This document shows positions 9,675-18,640 of a stretch of DNA of 64,000 nt, one piece after another (positions within the stretch are counted from its first letter, which is position 1; each line of letters starts with the position of its first letter). Below the pieces are notes generated by a model. That model was given only the letters and a program-made list of their open reading frames with translations, did not search any database and was not told the origin of the DNA. A program made the translations under genes and the position numbers. Source of the DNA: Deltaproteobacteria bacterium (GTDB lineage Bacteria > SAR324 > JACQKK01); the NCBI GenBank assembly GCA_029858505.1, contig JAOUEW010000004.1, positions 2,520 through 66,519 of the forward strand. The letters are read 5' to 3'.

Positions 9675-11189
9675 TTAGGTTTTGTCTTGGGGCTCTGGGC
9701 GCATGGTGGGGAAGAAAATGACATCGCGAATGGAATAACTGTTGGTGAGCAGCATCACCATGCGGTCCACCCCAATGCCTGCCCCGCCCATGGGGGGCAT
9801 GCCATATTCCATGGTGCGCACGAACTCCCGGTCGTAGGGGTGGGCTTCTTGGTCTCCCTTGGAGCGCCGGGCGGCTTGTTGTTCAAACAACTGGCGCTGC
9901 ACCAGGGGGTCGTTCAGTTCGGAATAGGCGTTGCCAATCTCCCAACCGGCAATATAGGGCTCGAAGCGTTCCACCAAGCCAGGTTTGTCCCGGTGGGCTT
10001 TGCACAGGGGGGTGGTTTCCTCTGGAAAGTCGGTGATGAAGGTGGGCTGAATCAGCTTGGTCTCGCAGATTTCTTGAAACAAATGGGCCATGGCCATGCC
10101 GCGGGAGTATTCCTGAGCGTCGTCCCAGTCGTGGTGCTTCAGCAGGGTTTTCACCTCGTCATCCTTCAGCCGGGGGAAGTCGATGCCGCCCAGCTCCCGC
10201 AGGGCTTCTTCCATGGTCATGCGCTTCCAGGGAGGGGTTAAGTCTATGGTGGTGTGCTGATAGGTAAGGGTGAGGGAGCCATGGGCGGCCATGGCGCAGG
10301 CGGCCCAGATGTTTTCCATGTGGCGCATCATGTCGGTGTAGTCGGCATAGGCTTGGTAAAACTCCACCATGGTGAACTCAGGGTTGTGGCTGCGGTCGAT
10401 GCCCTCGTTGCGGAAGTCTTTGCCAATTTCAAACACACGGTTAAACCCTCCGGCCACCAGCCGCTTCAGGTACAACTCATCGGAAATGCGCAAATACAGC
10501 GGCAGGTCCAGGGCCTTGTGGCGGCTGGTGAAGGGGGTGGCGGCGGCCCCGCCATACAGCACTTGCAGCACGGGGGTTTCCACTTCCATGAATCCCTCGC
10601 TCACCAAATAATTGCGCAGGGCGTGAATGATTTTGGTGCGCTTGATGAACACCCCGGCGGCGTCTTCACTGGCGGCCAGGTCCACCCCCCGGTGGCGGTA
10701 GCGGAACTCGGTGTCTTTCAGCCCTTCGTGAACTTTGGCCCCCTCCTCGGTCTGTTCCACCTTGGCCACCGGCAGGGGGCGCAGGGCCTTGGCCAGCATT
10801 TGCCACGACTTCACCCGCAGGGTCAGCTCGCCTGTTTTGGTACGCATCATCACCCCCCGCACCCCCATGAAGTCTCCCAGGTCCAGCAAATCAAACTGCT
10901 GAAAGGCCTCTGGCCCCACTTCGTCTTCCCGCAGGTAAATCTGAAACCGAACGTGATCGTCTTTCAGGTGGCAGAAGGCGGCCTTGCCCTGGCGGCGGAT
11001 GGCCACCAGCCGGCCCGCGGCGGCCAGTTCCTGGCCAGAGGCCACCAGGGCGTCTCCCTCTTGGTTCAGCCGGGTCGCGGTGTGGGTGACCGGGAAGGCA
11101 TAGGGGTAAGGGTTGATGCCCATCTTCCGCGCCCGTTCCAGTTTGTCCAGCCGGGCTTCAACCTGATCGTTGCTGTCTTCCATGACCAT
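9675..11189 (-). CDS. lysS: Lysine--tRNA ligase (class II)
   Basis: OB anticodon domain, FMEVETP, FRNEGID..HNPEF, EYGMPPMGGAGIGVDR. Confidence 0.97.
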   Translation of the reverse strand: MVMEDSNDQVEARLDKLERARKMGINPYPYAFPVTHTATRLNQEGDALVASGQELAAAGRLVAIRRQGKAAFCHLKDDHVRFQIYLREDEVGPEAFQQFDLLDLGDFMGVRGVMMRTKTGELTLRVKSWQMLAKALRPLPVAKVEQTEEGAKVHEGLKDTEFRYRHRGVDLAASEDAAGVFIKRTKIIHALRNYLVSEGFMEVETPVLQVLYGGAAATPFTSRHKALDLPLYLRISDELYLKRLVAGGFNRVFEIGKDFRNEGIDRSHNPEFTMVEFYQAYADYTDMMRHMENIWAACAMAAHGSLTLTYQHTTIDLTPPWKRMTMEEALRELGGIDFPRLKDDEVKTLLKHHDWDDAQEYSRGMAMAHLFQEICETKLIQPTFITDFPEETTPLCKAHRDKPGLVERFEPYIAGWEIGNAYSELNDPLVQRQLFEQQAARRSKGDQEAHPYDREFVRTMEYGMPPMGGAGIGVDRMVMLLTNSYSIRDVIFFPTMRPEPQDKT

Positions 11190-11303
11190 GGGGTTTTCTC
11201 TGAAAAAACTTTGGATAAATTTGAGGGTGTGGGGCGAACCACGTCAACGCAGGGTCAGGGTATCAAAGGCTTGGGTGGGGGGCAACGGCGGGGGGTGAAC
11301 GAA

Positions 11304-12155
11304 TCACCCCGTCTTTTTCTGAGCGGCTTTGGGGTCCACCGGCGGGGTGGCCATGGAGGTTTGTAGGTCGGCGCCGGTGAAGTTGGCCCCGGAGAAATTG
11401 CAGTTGTTGAACTGCGCTTTTTCAAACGTGGCGCCCGTCAGGTCGCAGCGCGACATATCGGTGCCTTCAAACTGGGCCCCAGAAAAGGATGCCCCCACCA
11501 TTTTACAACCCTGCAAATTGGCCTTGCCGAATTTGGCGCTGGTTAAGTTGGCGTGAATCATCATGGATTCGGACAGGTCGGCGTTGTGCAAGAACACTTC
11601 CGACAGGTTGGCGTTGCGCAGGTCGGTGCCTTTAATGCCCACGCCTTCCTCCATGCGTTTTTTCACCAGGTCTTTGATTTTTTCGGAGGAGGTGCGGTCG
11701 GACACCGACATTTCGGTGAGGCGCTGGTTGGTGTTCCGCAGGCGTTCGGCCAGCATTACCGCGAAGTTTTTGTAGAGCTTATAGGCCAGGGCCAGGTTGT
11801 TTTGCCGCAGCAGGGCCTCTCGCAGAGACAGGCACACGGTGTCGCCCACGGCAATGGCGCTGGCCGAGCGGGGAGATTGGTCGATGGGTCCCATTTCTCC
11901 AAACAGGGCGCCAGACTCTAGGGTGGCCAGCACTTCTTCTTGCTTTTGGCCAATGTTGCGGGAGATTTTTACTTTTCCCCCGATGACGATGTACATTTTG
12001 TCGCCGCGGGTGCCCTCTTTAAAAATGAAATCGTTGTCTTTCAGGACCTCGCGCTGGGTGCTTTTCAGCAGGGCCAGCAGTTCCCCGTCGTTGAAGTTCT
12101 TGAAGAAGACAACGCCTTCCTTCAACTTATTGAAAATTTCTTTGTTCAGTTGCAT
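11304..12155 (-). CDS. Cyclic-nucleotide-binding domain fused to pentapeptide repeats
   Basis: FGEMGPIDQSPRSASA phosphate-binding cassette followed by A(D/N)Lxx-type pentapeptides. Confidence 0.85.
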   Translation of the reverse strand: MQLNKEIFNKLKEGVVFFKNFNDGELLALLKSTQREVLKDNDFIFKEGTRGDKMYIVIGGKVKISRNIGQKQEEVLATLESGALFGEMGPIDQSPRSASAIAVGDTVCLSLREALLRQNNLALAYKLYKNFAVMLAERLRNTNQRLTEMSVSDRTSSEKIKDLVKKRMEEGVGIKGTDLRNANLSEVFLHNADLSESMMIHANLTSAKFGKANLQGCKMVGASFSGAQFEGTDMSRCDLTGATFEKAQFNNCNFSGANFTGADLQTSMATPPVDPKAAQKKTG

Positions 12156-12170
12156 GGGGGGGTCGGCCGA

Positions 12171-12578
12171 TCAGGGAAGTCGGGTTGAGGGGGGAATGGG
12201 GCGGCTGAGTAATTCAGCCACGCCTGCCTGCCCCAGCAGCCAGCGCCATTCGAAATCGCGCAGCACCACGTTGCGGGTAAACCGTTGGGCGGGTGCTTCC
12301 ATTACAAACTGAATATCCGTTCCGGGGGTGTTGGCTGGTAAAGCCCGGCCCCAGGTGTGGGGGTCGTTGGTTTGCAGCCGGGCCAAGCCCGCCACCGCCC
12401 GCAGGCGGCGGAACCGCCGGTGGGCCGCCCGATACACCGGGCGGGCAAACAGGGCCGGGTGCCGGTTGCGGCTGAGCGAGCCCTCTGCCAGCCGGGGGAA
12501 CAGTTCCCGGTAAGGGTCCGGACCGCTGGCCGGGCTGCCGGGGAGCATCTCTAGGATTTGGGCGTGGTTCGCGCTCAT
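12171..12578 (-). CDS. Hypothetical protein
   Basis: 135-aa ORF co-directional with neighbours, 15 nt upstream of the cNMP gene. Confidence 0.55.
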   Translation of the reverse strand: MSANHAQILEMLPGSPASGPDPYRELFPRLAEGSLSRNRHPALFARPVYRAAHRRFRRLRAVAGLARLQTNDPHTWGRALPANTPGTDIQFVMEAPAQRFTRNVVLRDFEWRWLLGQAGVAELLSRPIPPSTRLP

Positions 12579-12714
12579 GGTCTGTAATCTGTGTTCCGTG
12601 TTTTTTTCAGTGTTTCGCGTTCTGTGTGTGATGGCCTATGATCTGGCTTATTTACTGTTCCGCCCCACCCGTTTCGTTGATCGGCCAGCCGGGATTTCCT
12701 TCACCGGGGCGTTC

Positions 12715-13641
12715 TTAATCCCATTTTCCAAGAGCATACAAGATTAGAGCCATTCGCACCCACAATCCGTTCTGGGCTTGGTGAAAATAAAAGGCCCGTG
12801 GGTCGCTGTCCACTTCGGGGGCAATTTCTTCCACCCGGGGCAGGGGGTGCATGATAATGGCTTCGGGAGCCATCCGGTGCACGTTTTCTTCAGAAAGACG
12901 GTATTTTCCAGCCGCCTCGGCGTATTCGTTCAGGTCCAAGAACCGTTCTTTTTGAATGCGGGTCATGTACACGCAATCTACCTGGGGCAGCACGGCATCC
13001 AGGTTGGTGTTGTTTTCGTACGAAACCCCCTGGCGGTCTAGATAGGCCAGAATGTCATCGTGCATCTGGCAAACTTCTGGCGCCACGAACACCAAATGCA
13101 CCCCCTTGAACTTGGCCAGCAGGTAGGCCAGGGAGCGCACCGTGCGGCCATAACGCAGGTCTCCCACCATGGCCACCCTCAGGTTGTCTAGCCGGTGGAA
13201 TTTTTGATGCAGGGTGTACAGGTCCAGCAGGGCCTGGGTGGGGTGCTGGCCCGCGCCGTCTCCGGCGTTTAGCACGGGCACCGAGGATATGCTGGCGGCC
13301 CGCTTGGCGGCCCCGATTTCGTTGTGGCGCATCACGATGATGTCGGCATAGCCAGACAAAATGCGGATGGAATCCTCCAGGGATTCTCCCTTGGCGAAGG
13401 AGGAGAATTCCCGGGCGTTTTCAGTGGTAATGACGTTTCCCCCCAGGCGGTACATGGCCGACTCGAAAGAAAAGCGGGTGCGGGTAGAAGGCTCGTAAAA
13501 CAGCGAGGCCATGATGGTTCCCGTGCCCCCCAGGGGGCCGCCCCGGCCAGAGCGTGAGAGGTCCTGGCTGTGTTGAAACAGGGCGGAGAGGAATCCGGAG
13601 TCGAACTGCTGGGATTCTATGATGTGTCTGATCTGGCCCAT
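12715..13641 (-). CDS. pyrB: Aspartate carbamoyltransferase catalytic subunit (plant-like type)
   Basis: FYEPSTRTR, NAGDG..HPTQALLD, RIQKERF, MHPLPR. Confidence 0.96.
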   Translation of the reverse strand: MGQIRHIIESQQFDSGFLSALFQHSQDLSRSGRGGPLGGTGTIMASLFYEPSTRTRFSFESAMYRLGGNVITTENAREFSSFAKGESLEDSIRILSGYADIIVMRHNEIGAAKRAASISSVPVLNAGDGAGQHPTQALLDLYTLHQKFHRLDNLRVAMVGDLRYGRTVRSLAYLLAKFKGVHLVFVAPEVCQMHDDILAYLDRQGVSYENNTNLDAVLPQVDCVYMTRIQKERFLDLNEYAEAAGKYRLSEENVHRMAPEAIIMHPLPRVEEIAPEVDSDPRAFYFHQAQNGLWVRMALILYALGKWD

Positions 13642-13777
13642 CCCGTCCTTCCGGCTGGTTGGTTCCCCCCTGGTGGCCGGTTTTCCTCCAGAACGCGGGG
13701 TTCAAGAGGAATCGAATCCGGTTTGCGTTTCGTACCACAATGGGATGTTTTTGGCCAGGGGAGAGGCGGGAAGCCGT

Positions 13778-15304
13778 TTAGGGCATGGGCCGGTAAATTT
13801 CGATGGGATGGCGCAGGGGCCCCCCCCGGCCTTCGGTGACCCGCCCCAGGGACACCAATTTCCATCCTCGCTCCGCGGCGTATCCCGCGATCCACCGGCA
13901 GTCTTTTTCCGGTTGTTCGCAGAAAAACAGGGTGTTGTTGGTGGTCAGGGCTTGGTCGGGGCTCCACAGGTTGCGCAAGGGGCGCTCTAGCGAGTGGCTG
14001 AAGGCCAGGGGGTGCCGGGGCAGGTGCAGAGCCAATTGGGAGGCCAGCGGGTAGAAATAAGAGACAACATATTGGGGCAGGGGCACCCCTTGGTTAATCA
14101 GGTGATCGGCCACCGCCTGCCCGGTTTCGTGCCACCCCACGACTTGTTGAGAGTTGTCGGCCTGGGCTGGAATGGGCAGGAAGGGCCGCAGGGTGTGAAC
14201 CAGCACCATCAACCCTAAGGCCAAGTTGATGAGCCAGGCAGACCCCACCATCCAGGTCACCATGACCTGCCCCCGCTGCTGCCAGGCCAGGGCGGCGCTG
14301 TGGCCCAGCAAAATGAACAGGGTCAAAAAGGCGGTGTCGGCGTATTTGGGATCGGGGAACGAGCCCAGAATGAAGGCAATGGAGAAAAACACCAGGGGGG
14401 TAAGGCCCATCCAGGCCAGGGCGGTTTCCGGTTCCACCCGCCCCCGGGGATGGGCCCGGCGAATCCACCCCGCCGCTTCGGCGATGGCCCACACCGACAA
14501 CACCACCGAAAACAACAGCCACCACCCCACCGTGAACTCCAAGAGATGCTTGCCGAAGGGCACGTGGGTGTCTACCCCGCCTTTGGCCAATTGATGGCGG
14601 AAGGACACCCAGTCGTGGGTGGCGTTCCAAAACAGCACGGGAGAAAAAACCGCCAGGGCAATGGCCCCCCCCGCGTATTGGTAGGGGTTTTTAAACTCTC
14701 GCCGCAGGGAAGGCACCATGGCGCAGGTCACGGCCACGCCCAGGTAGAACAGCACCATCACGTATTTCGACAACCCCCCCAGGCCCCCGGCCACCCCCAT
14801 CCACAACAGCCAGCGGGGGTTGTTGGTTTCCAGGTATTTCATCCAGCAGGCCAGGGCCCCCAGCCAGCACAGCAGCATTACCGAATCAATGTTCAGCACC
14901 AGGGTGCCCAGGGTGAAAAACTGGGTGGCCCACAAAAGAACCAGGGTGAACACCGCCGCCAGAGAGCCAAACAGCCGCAAGGTGAGGGCATAGGCCCCCG
15001 CCATGATCAGGGCGTTTGTTACCCAGGCGGCAAACTTAAGGGTGGATTCGCTTTCTCCCAGCACGCTGGTAAACAGGCGAATCCACCAGGCGATCATGGG
15101 GGGGTGTTCGTAATAGGACCACGACAACATCCGGGACTGCATCCAGTGGTCAATGACATCAGGGTGGGGAGACACCGCCGTGTTGACCAAGGAGATGATG
15201 AGGGCGTGAACGGCCAGACCTGCCACCAGCACGGGATGACGGGAAATAAACCGAGCGATGGGCTGCAAAACATCAGCGGGGGAAGCCCCGGAAAACCTAG
15301 CCAT
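13778..15304 (-). CDS. ArnT/PMT-like (GT39/GT83) membrane glycosyltransferase
   Basis: WSYYEHPPMIAW, GLSKY, SPVLFWN..HDWVSF and many TM segments. Confidence 0.85.
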   Translation of the reverse strand: MARFSGASPADVLQPIARFISRHPVLVAGLAVHALIISLVNTAVSPHPDVIDHWMQSRMLSWSYYEHPPMIAWWIRLFTSVLGESESTLKFAAWVTNALIMAGAYALTLRLFGSLAAVFTLVLLWATQFFTLGTLVLNIDSVMLLCWLGALACWMKYLETNNPRWLLWMGVAGGLGGLSKYVMVLFYLGVAVTCAMVPSLRREFKNPYQYAGGAIALAVFSPVLFWNATHDWVSFRHQLAKGGVDTHVPFGKHLLEFTVGWWLLFSVVLSVWAIAEAAGWIRRAHPRGRVEPETALAWMGLTPLVFFSIAFILGSFPDPKYADTAFLTLFILLGHSAALAWQQRGQVMVTWMVGSAWLINLALGLMVLVHTLRPFLPIPAQADNSQQVVGWHETGQAVADHLINQGVPLPQYVVSYFYPLASQLALHLPRHPLAFSHSLERPLRNLWSPDQALTTNNTLFFCEQPEKDCRWIAGYAAERGWKLVSLGRVTEGRGGPLRHPIEIYRPMP

Positions 15305-15435
15305 GGCTGGGTGGGCGTGGATGATGGGCGTAGATGTAGGTGAGGCGAAGAATCAACCCACAATGGGTGAAGAAATCTTTCTCTTTCTATATCCCATTCC
15401 AGGGGGGGGATGGAAGGCCCCCGGAAAACCGGGGT

Positions 15436-16140
15436 TTACTGACCCTGAGGCGGGGCGGGCTGTTTGGCGATGTTCTGGCTGTAAAACTGTTGGTTGCGGG
15501 CTTGGGCCTCGGCTTGCGGGTTTTGTGCCCCACCGCCGCCCATAATTCTTTGGGCGTAGAAGCTTTGGTTGGCTTGGGCCTTGGTGTCTCGGTCGGCTTG
15601 CACGCTTTGCTGCTGGGGCTGAAGGGTGTGGGCGTAAAAATTAATATTGGCCTGGCGGCGGGGGGCTTGGCTGCCGGTTCCCTGCTGGGGGATGATGACC
15701 TGGCTGTAAAAGGCTTGGCGTTGGGCCTGCCCCCGGCTTTGCTCGGCGGCCACCATTTGCTGCTGCACCTGCATTTGCTGGAACTGCTGGCGCAGTTGTT
15801 CGGCCCGGGCCATTTTGCTTTGGGCGGCCGCGTCTTGGCTGGCCAAAATTAACTGCCCGTGACGGCGGGTTTGGGCGGCCCGGCCTTGCTCGCCATACAT
15901 ATTCAAGGCGGCGATTTCAGACTGTTTCTGATCCCAAATGGCCCGGTCGCGCTGCAGCTGCAGCTGCCGATCTTGTTCCATTTGCATCCGCACCTGGGCC
16001 ATGCGCAGTTGCAGCTCATCGTAATTGATGCCGGGGGGGAACCGCTCGGGGTTGCGTTGGGCCAGGGCGGGGTTTCCGCCAAACAAAGCCAGGGTACCGG
16101 CCAAGACCAAAAAAGCCGTGAATGTTTTGAAGATTCGCAT
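15436..16140 (-). CDS. Secreted Gln-rich protein with four NxxFY(S/A)Q-type repeats
   Basis: Signal peptide ending ALA-Q, Q-rich coiled coil and repeated motif. Confidence 0.7.
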   Translation of the reverse strand: MRIFKTFTAFLVLAGTLALFGGNPALAQRNPERFPPGINYDELQLRMAQVRMQMEQDRQLQLQRDRAIWDQKQSEIAALNMYGEQGRAAQTRRHGQLILASQDAAAQSKMARAEQLRQQFQQMQVQQQMVAAEQSRGQAQRQAFYSQVIIPQQGTGSQAPRRQANINFYAHTLQPQQQSVQADRDTKAQANQSFYAQRIMGGGGAQNPQAEAQARNQQFYSQNIAKQPAPPQGQ

Positions 16141-16235
16141 GGGGGGTTCCTTTCCGTTGGTTTTCTATTCGATATTTTCTTTTCGGCTGGGAAAGGGGAA
16201 ACTTAACCGGAACCCATGAAACGTAAAGGACCGGC

Positions 16236-16928
16236 ATGATACAGCGCGTTGCGGAATGGCTGGTGGCTGCCCTGGTGCGGGGGCTGTACGCCACCGCCCG
16301 AAAACGGCGGGTGAACTGGCAGGTGGTGGAGGGGCTGGCGGAACGGGGCACCCCGGCCATTTATGCCCTGTGGCATAACAATTTGCTGTTTTTCGGCCGA
16401 GAACTGGGGGGGCGGGGGCTGGGGGCCATGGTCAGCCGTTCCAAAGACGGCGAGGGCATTGCCCGCATTTTGGCCGGTTGGGGGTTTCAGGTGGTGCGGG
16501 GTTCCAGCTCCAACGGGGGAAAGGCGGCCTTTCGAGAATACCTGCGGCTGTTGAAAAGCGGCGCGGGGGTGGCCATTACCCCAGACGGCCCCCGGGGGCC
16601 CCGTTATGTGCTGCAAGAAGGCGTGGCGGCCCTGGCCCGATTGTCGGGGGCGCCCATTGTGCCGGTTCACTACGCCGCCCCGCGCTGTTGGCAGGCTGGC
16701 AGCTGGGACCGAATGAAACTCCCCAAGCCTTTTTCTCGGGTGGTGGTGATGGCGGGTACCCCCCTGTATCTCAGCCGGGAGGAAACCCCCGGCGACCGGG
16801 AACGGGTGGAAGGGGCCCTGCGGCGGTTGTCGGCCGTGGCCGAAGCCTTTGCCCAAACCGGCCTGTTGCGGCAAGAACCCCTGCTGGCCCAGGCCCTGGA
16901 GGATAGGATTTCATCACGCGTTTCCTAA
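16236..16928 (+). CDS. DUF374 / lysophospholipid acyltransferase family protein
   Basis: ALWH, VSRSKDGE, VRGSS, ITPDGPRGP, SWDR. Confidence 0.88.
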   Translation: MIQRVAEWLVAALVRGLYATARKRRVNWQVVEGLAERGTPAIYALWHNNLLFFGRELGGRGLGAMVSRSKDGEGIARILAGWGFQVVRGSSSNGGKAAFREYLRLLKSGAGVAITPDGPRGPRYVLQEGVAALARLSGAPIVPVHYAAPRCWQAGSWDRMKLPKPFSRVVVMAGTPLYLSREETPGDRERVEGALRRLSAVAEAFAQTGLLRQEPLLAQALEDRISSRVS

Positions 16929-16961
16929 CGCATTTGTTCACGCCATTGGGAGAACTGCCCC

Positions 16962-17996
16962 ATGATGTTTGCATCCCCGAACCGGTATGGTTCCCGGCCT
17001 GGGCCGTGGTCCACAGCTGTGTTTGTTTCTCTGCTGGTCCTGCTGGCCGTGGCGCCCTTGACCGCCCAGGCCAAGGAACCCGGCCGGGTGGCGGCCCAGG
17101 TAGACGGCCAGCCCCTGTATGCCGAAGAAATGAACAGCGCCGATTTGTATGCCGCCCGCAAACAGGTGTATGCCCTGGAAATGGCGGCCCTGCGCCATCA
17201 GGCGTTGGAAGTGCTGCGGGCCAAACGGCCTGGGCAGTTTCCCGCCCCGCGGGTTCGGGTGAGCGATAAAGAGGTCGAAACGTTTTATCAAAAGGCCAAC
17301 CTGCGCCAACGGGGCAGCCTGGCCGATTTTAAAGACAGCATTCGGGAGTACATCACGGCCCAGAAAACCGCCCAGGCTGAACAAGAGCAATTCAACCAAG
17401 CCGTGGCCCAGGGGTTGATTCAACCTCGGCTAGCGCCCCCCCCGCCGTTTTTGTTCCGCATCAAGCAGGTGAAAGGTGCCGCCAGTCGGGGGCCCCAAAA
17501 CGCCCGGGTGGTGCTGGTGGAGTTTTCTGACTTTCAGTGCCCGTTCTGCCTGCGGGTGCAGCCCACCCTCACCGCGCTGCTGAACAACAACCCCAAAACC
17601 GTTCGCTTGGAATACCGGCACATGCCCCTGGACAACCTGCACGACGAAGCCCGGCGGGCCGCCCAGGCCACCGAGTGCGCCGGGGAACAGGGGGTCTTTT
17701 GGGCCTATCACGATCAGTTGTATCAGTCGCCCCGTGACCTGAATGATCAAAAACTGATGGCCCTGGCGGAGAAGTCGGGGGTGAAAGACCGCAAGGCTTT
17801 TTCCACCTGCCTGAACTCGGGGCGCTATGCCAAACGGGTGGCGGAAGACGAAAAAGCCGCCGCAAGCCTGGGCATTACCGGAACGCCGGGGTTTTTGGTG
17901 GCCAGGGAAAAAGGGGAATGGCTGGAAGGGGTGGTGTTGAGCGGGGCCATGCCCTTGGAGAACTTTCAAGAGGCGGTGGACGACATGGCCCGATGA
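16962..17996 (+). CDS. DsbA-family thioredoxin-fold protein
   Basis: EFSDFQCPFC, RHMPL, GITGTPGF; N-terminal signal or anchor. Confidence 0.88.
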   Translation: MMFASPNRYGSRPGPWSTAVFVSLLVLLAVAPLTAQAKEPGRVAAQVDGQPLYAEEMNSADLYAARKQVYALEMAALRHQALEVLRAKRPGQFPAPRVRVSDKEVETFYQKANLRQRGSLADFKDSIREYITAQKTAQAEQEQFNQAVAQGLIQPRLAPPPPFLFRIKQVKGAASRGPQNARVVLVEFSDFQCPFCLRVQPTLTALLNNNPKTVRLEYRHMPLDNLHDEARRAAQATECAGEQGVFWAYHDQLYQSPRDLNDQKLMALAEKSGVKDRKAFSTCLNSGRYAKRVAEDEKAAASLGITGTPGFLVAREKGEWLEGVVLSGAMPLENFQEAVDDMAR

Positions 17997-18013
17997 CACA
18001 GGCCTTCCATTAC

Positions 18014-18195
18014 CCGCTGGGCATCCCCTCCCCGGGCTATACAGATGGGAAGGGGAATCGCTCGAATCCGCAATGTTATGCGCTTGCTTCCGTTCAGTCT
18101 TCAAGCAACAGAACAGTTGAATTGAATAACCGATGGCTTCGAGCATTGCCCCTCTCTACGGCAGAGGGGCAGCCCGCGCTAGCGGGCGGGGTGCG
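18014..18195 (-). repeat. Dispersed repeat locus 3: B > A (18060-18144) < B
   Basis: 85-bp unit GCTCGAATCC...GGCTTCGAGC flanked by inverted GC-rich palindromes. Confidence 0.9.
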
Positions 18196-18204
18196 TTTGA
18201 ACAG

Positions 18205-18235
18205 TTCAGCCCCCTTCCGTTGGAAGGAGGCTGAA
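18205..18235. terminator. Hairpin between convergent dsbA-like gene and rpmB
   Basis: TTCAGCCCCCTTCC-GTT-GGAAGGAGGCTGAA. Confidence 0.55.
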
Positions 18236-18298
18236 GTTTGGTAAGAAATGAAGTCGGGATGGAGCCAGATAAAGGAGAAGACCAGGGGCTAACAACGC

Positions 18299-18523
18299 TT
18301 AGATCAGCCCGGCTTCTTTCAGGGCGGCGTAGGCACCCTTTTTATCCAAAGAGCGCAGGGCCTTGGTGCTCAATTTCACCGTGATGTATTTTTTCAGTTC
18401 CGGCACAAACACCCGCCGCGTTTGCAGGTTGGGCTGCTGCACGTGGTTGGTTTTAATGTTGGAGTGGGAAACACGGTGCCCGTTCAGCCGCCGTTTTCCG
18501 GTCAGTTCGCAAATTCTGGACAT
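18299..18523 (-). CDS. rpmB: 50S ribosomal protein L28
   Basis: MSRICELTGK..GHRVSHSNIKT...PNLQ; start at 18523. Confidence 0.95.
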   Translation of the reverse strand: MSRICELTGKRRLNGHRVSHSNIKTNHVQQPNLQTRRVFVPELKKYITVKLSTKALRSLDKKGAYAALKEAGLI

Positions 18524-18604
18524 GGCCTGAGGTCTGGTAAAAGGGTCTGAAAACAACAGAGGCAGGAAACGTTTCCTCTGGGTAATATTATTCGCGTAAA
18601 CGTT

Positions 18605-18634
18605 ATTTTGAACATGCCCCTGGGGGAATGTCAA
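18605..18634 (-). promoter_or_regulatory. Putative sigma70 promoter for rpmB
   Basis: TTGACA-N18-CAAAAT on the minus strand. Confidence 0.45.
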
Positions 18635-18640
18635 CCGGGG

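Noticed and set aside
18060-18144. tRNA gene (GCTCGAATCC resembles the T-loop GTTCGAATCC)
   Set aside because: No cloverleaf, D-arm or anticodon arm, and the motif occurs as an inverted pair at both ends.
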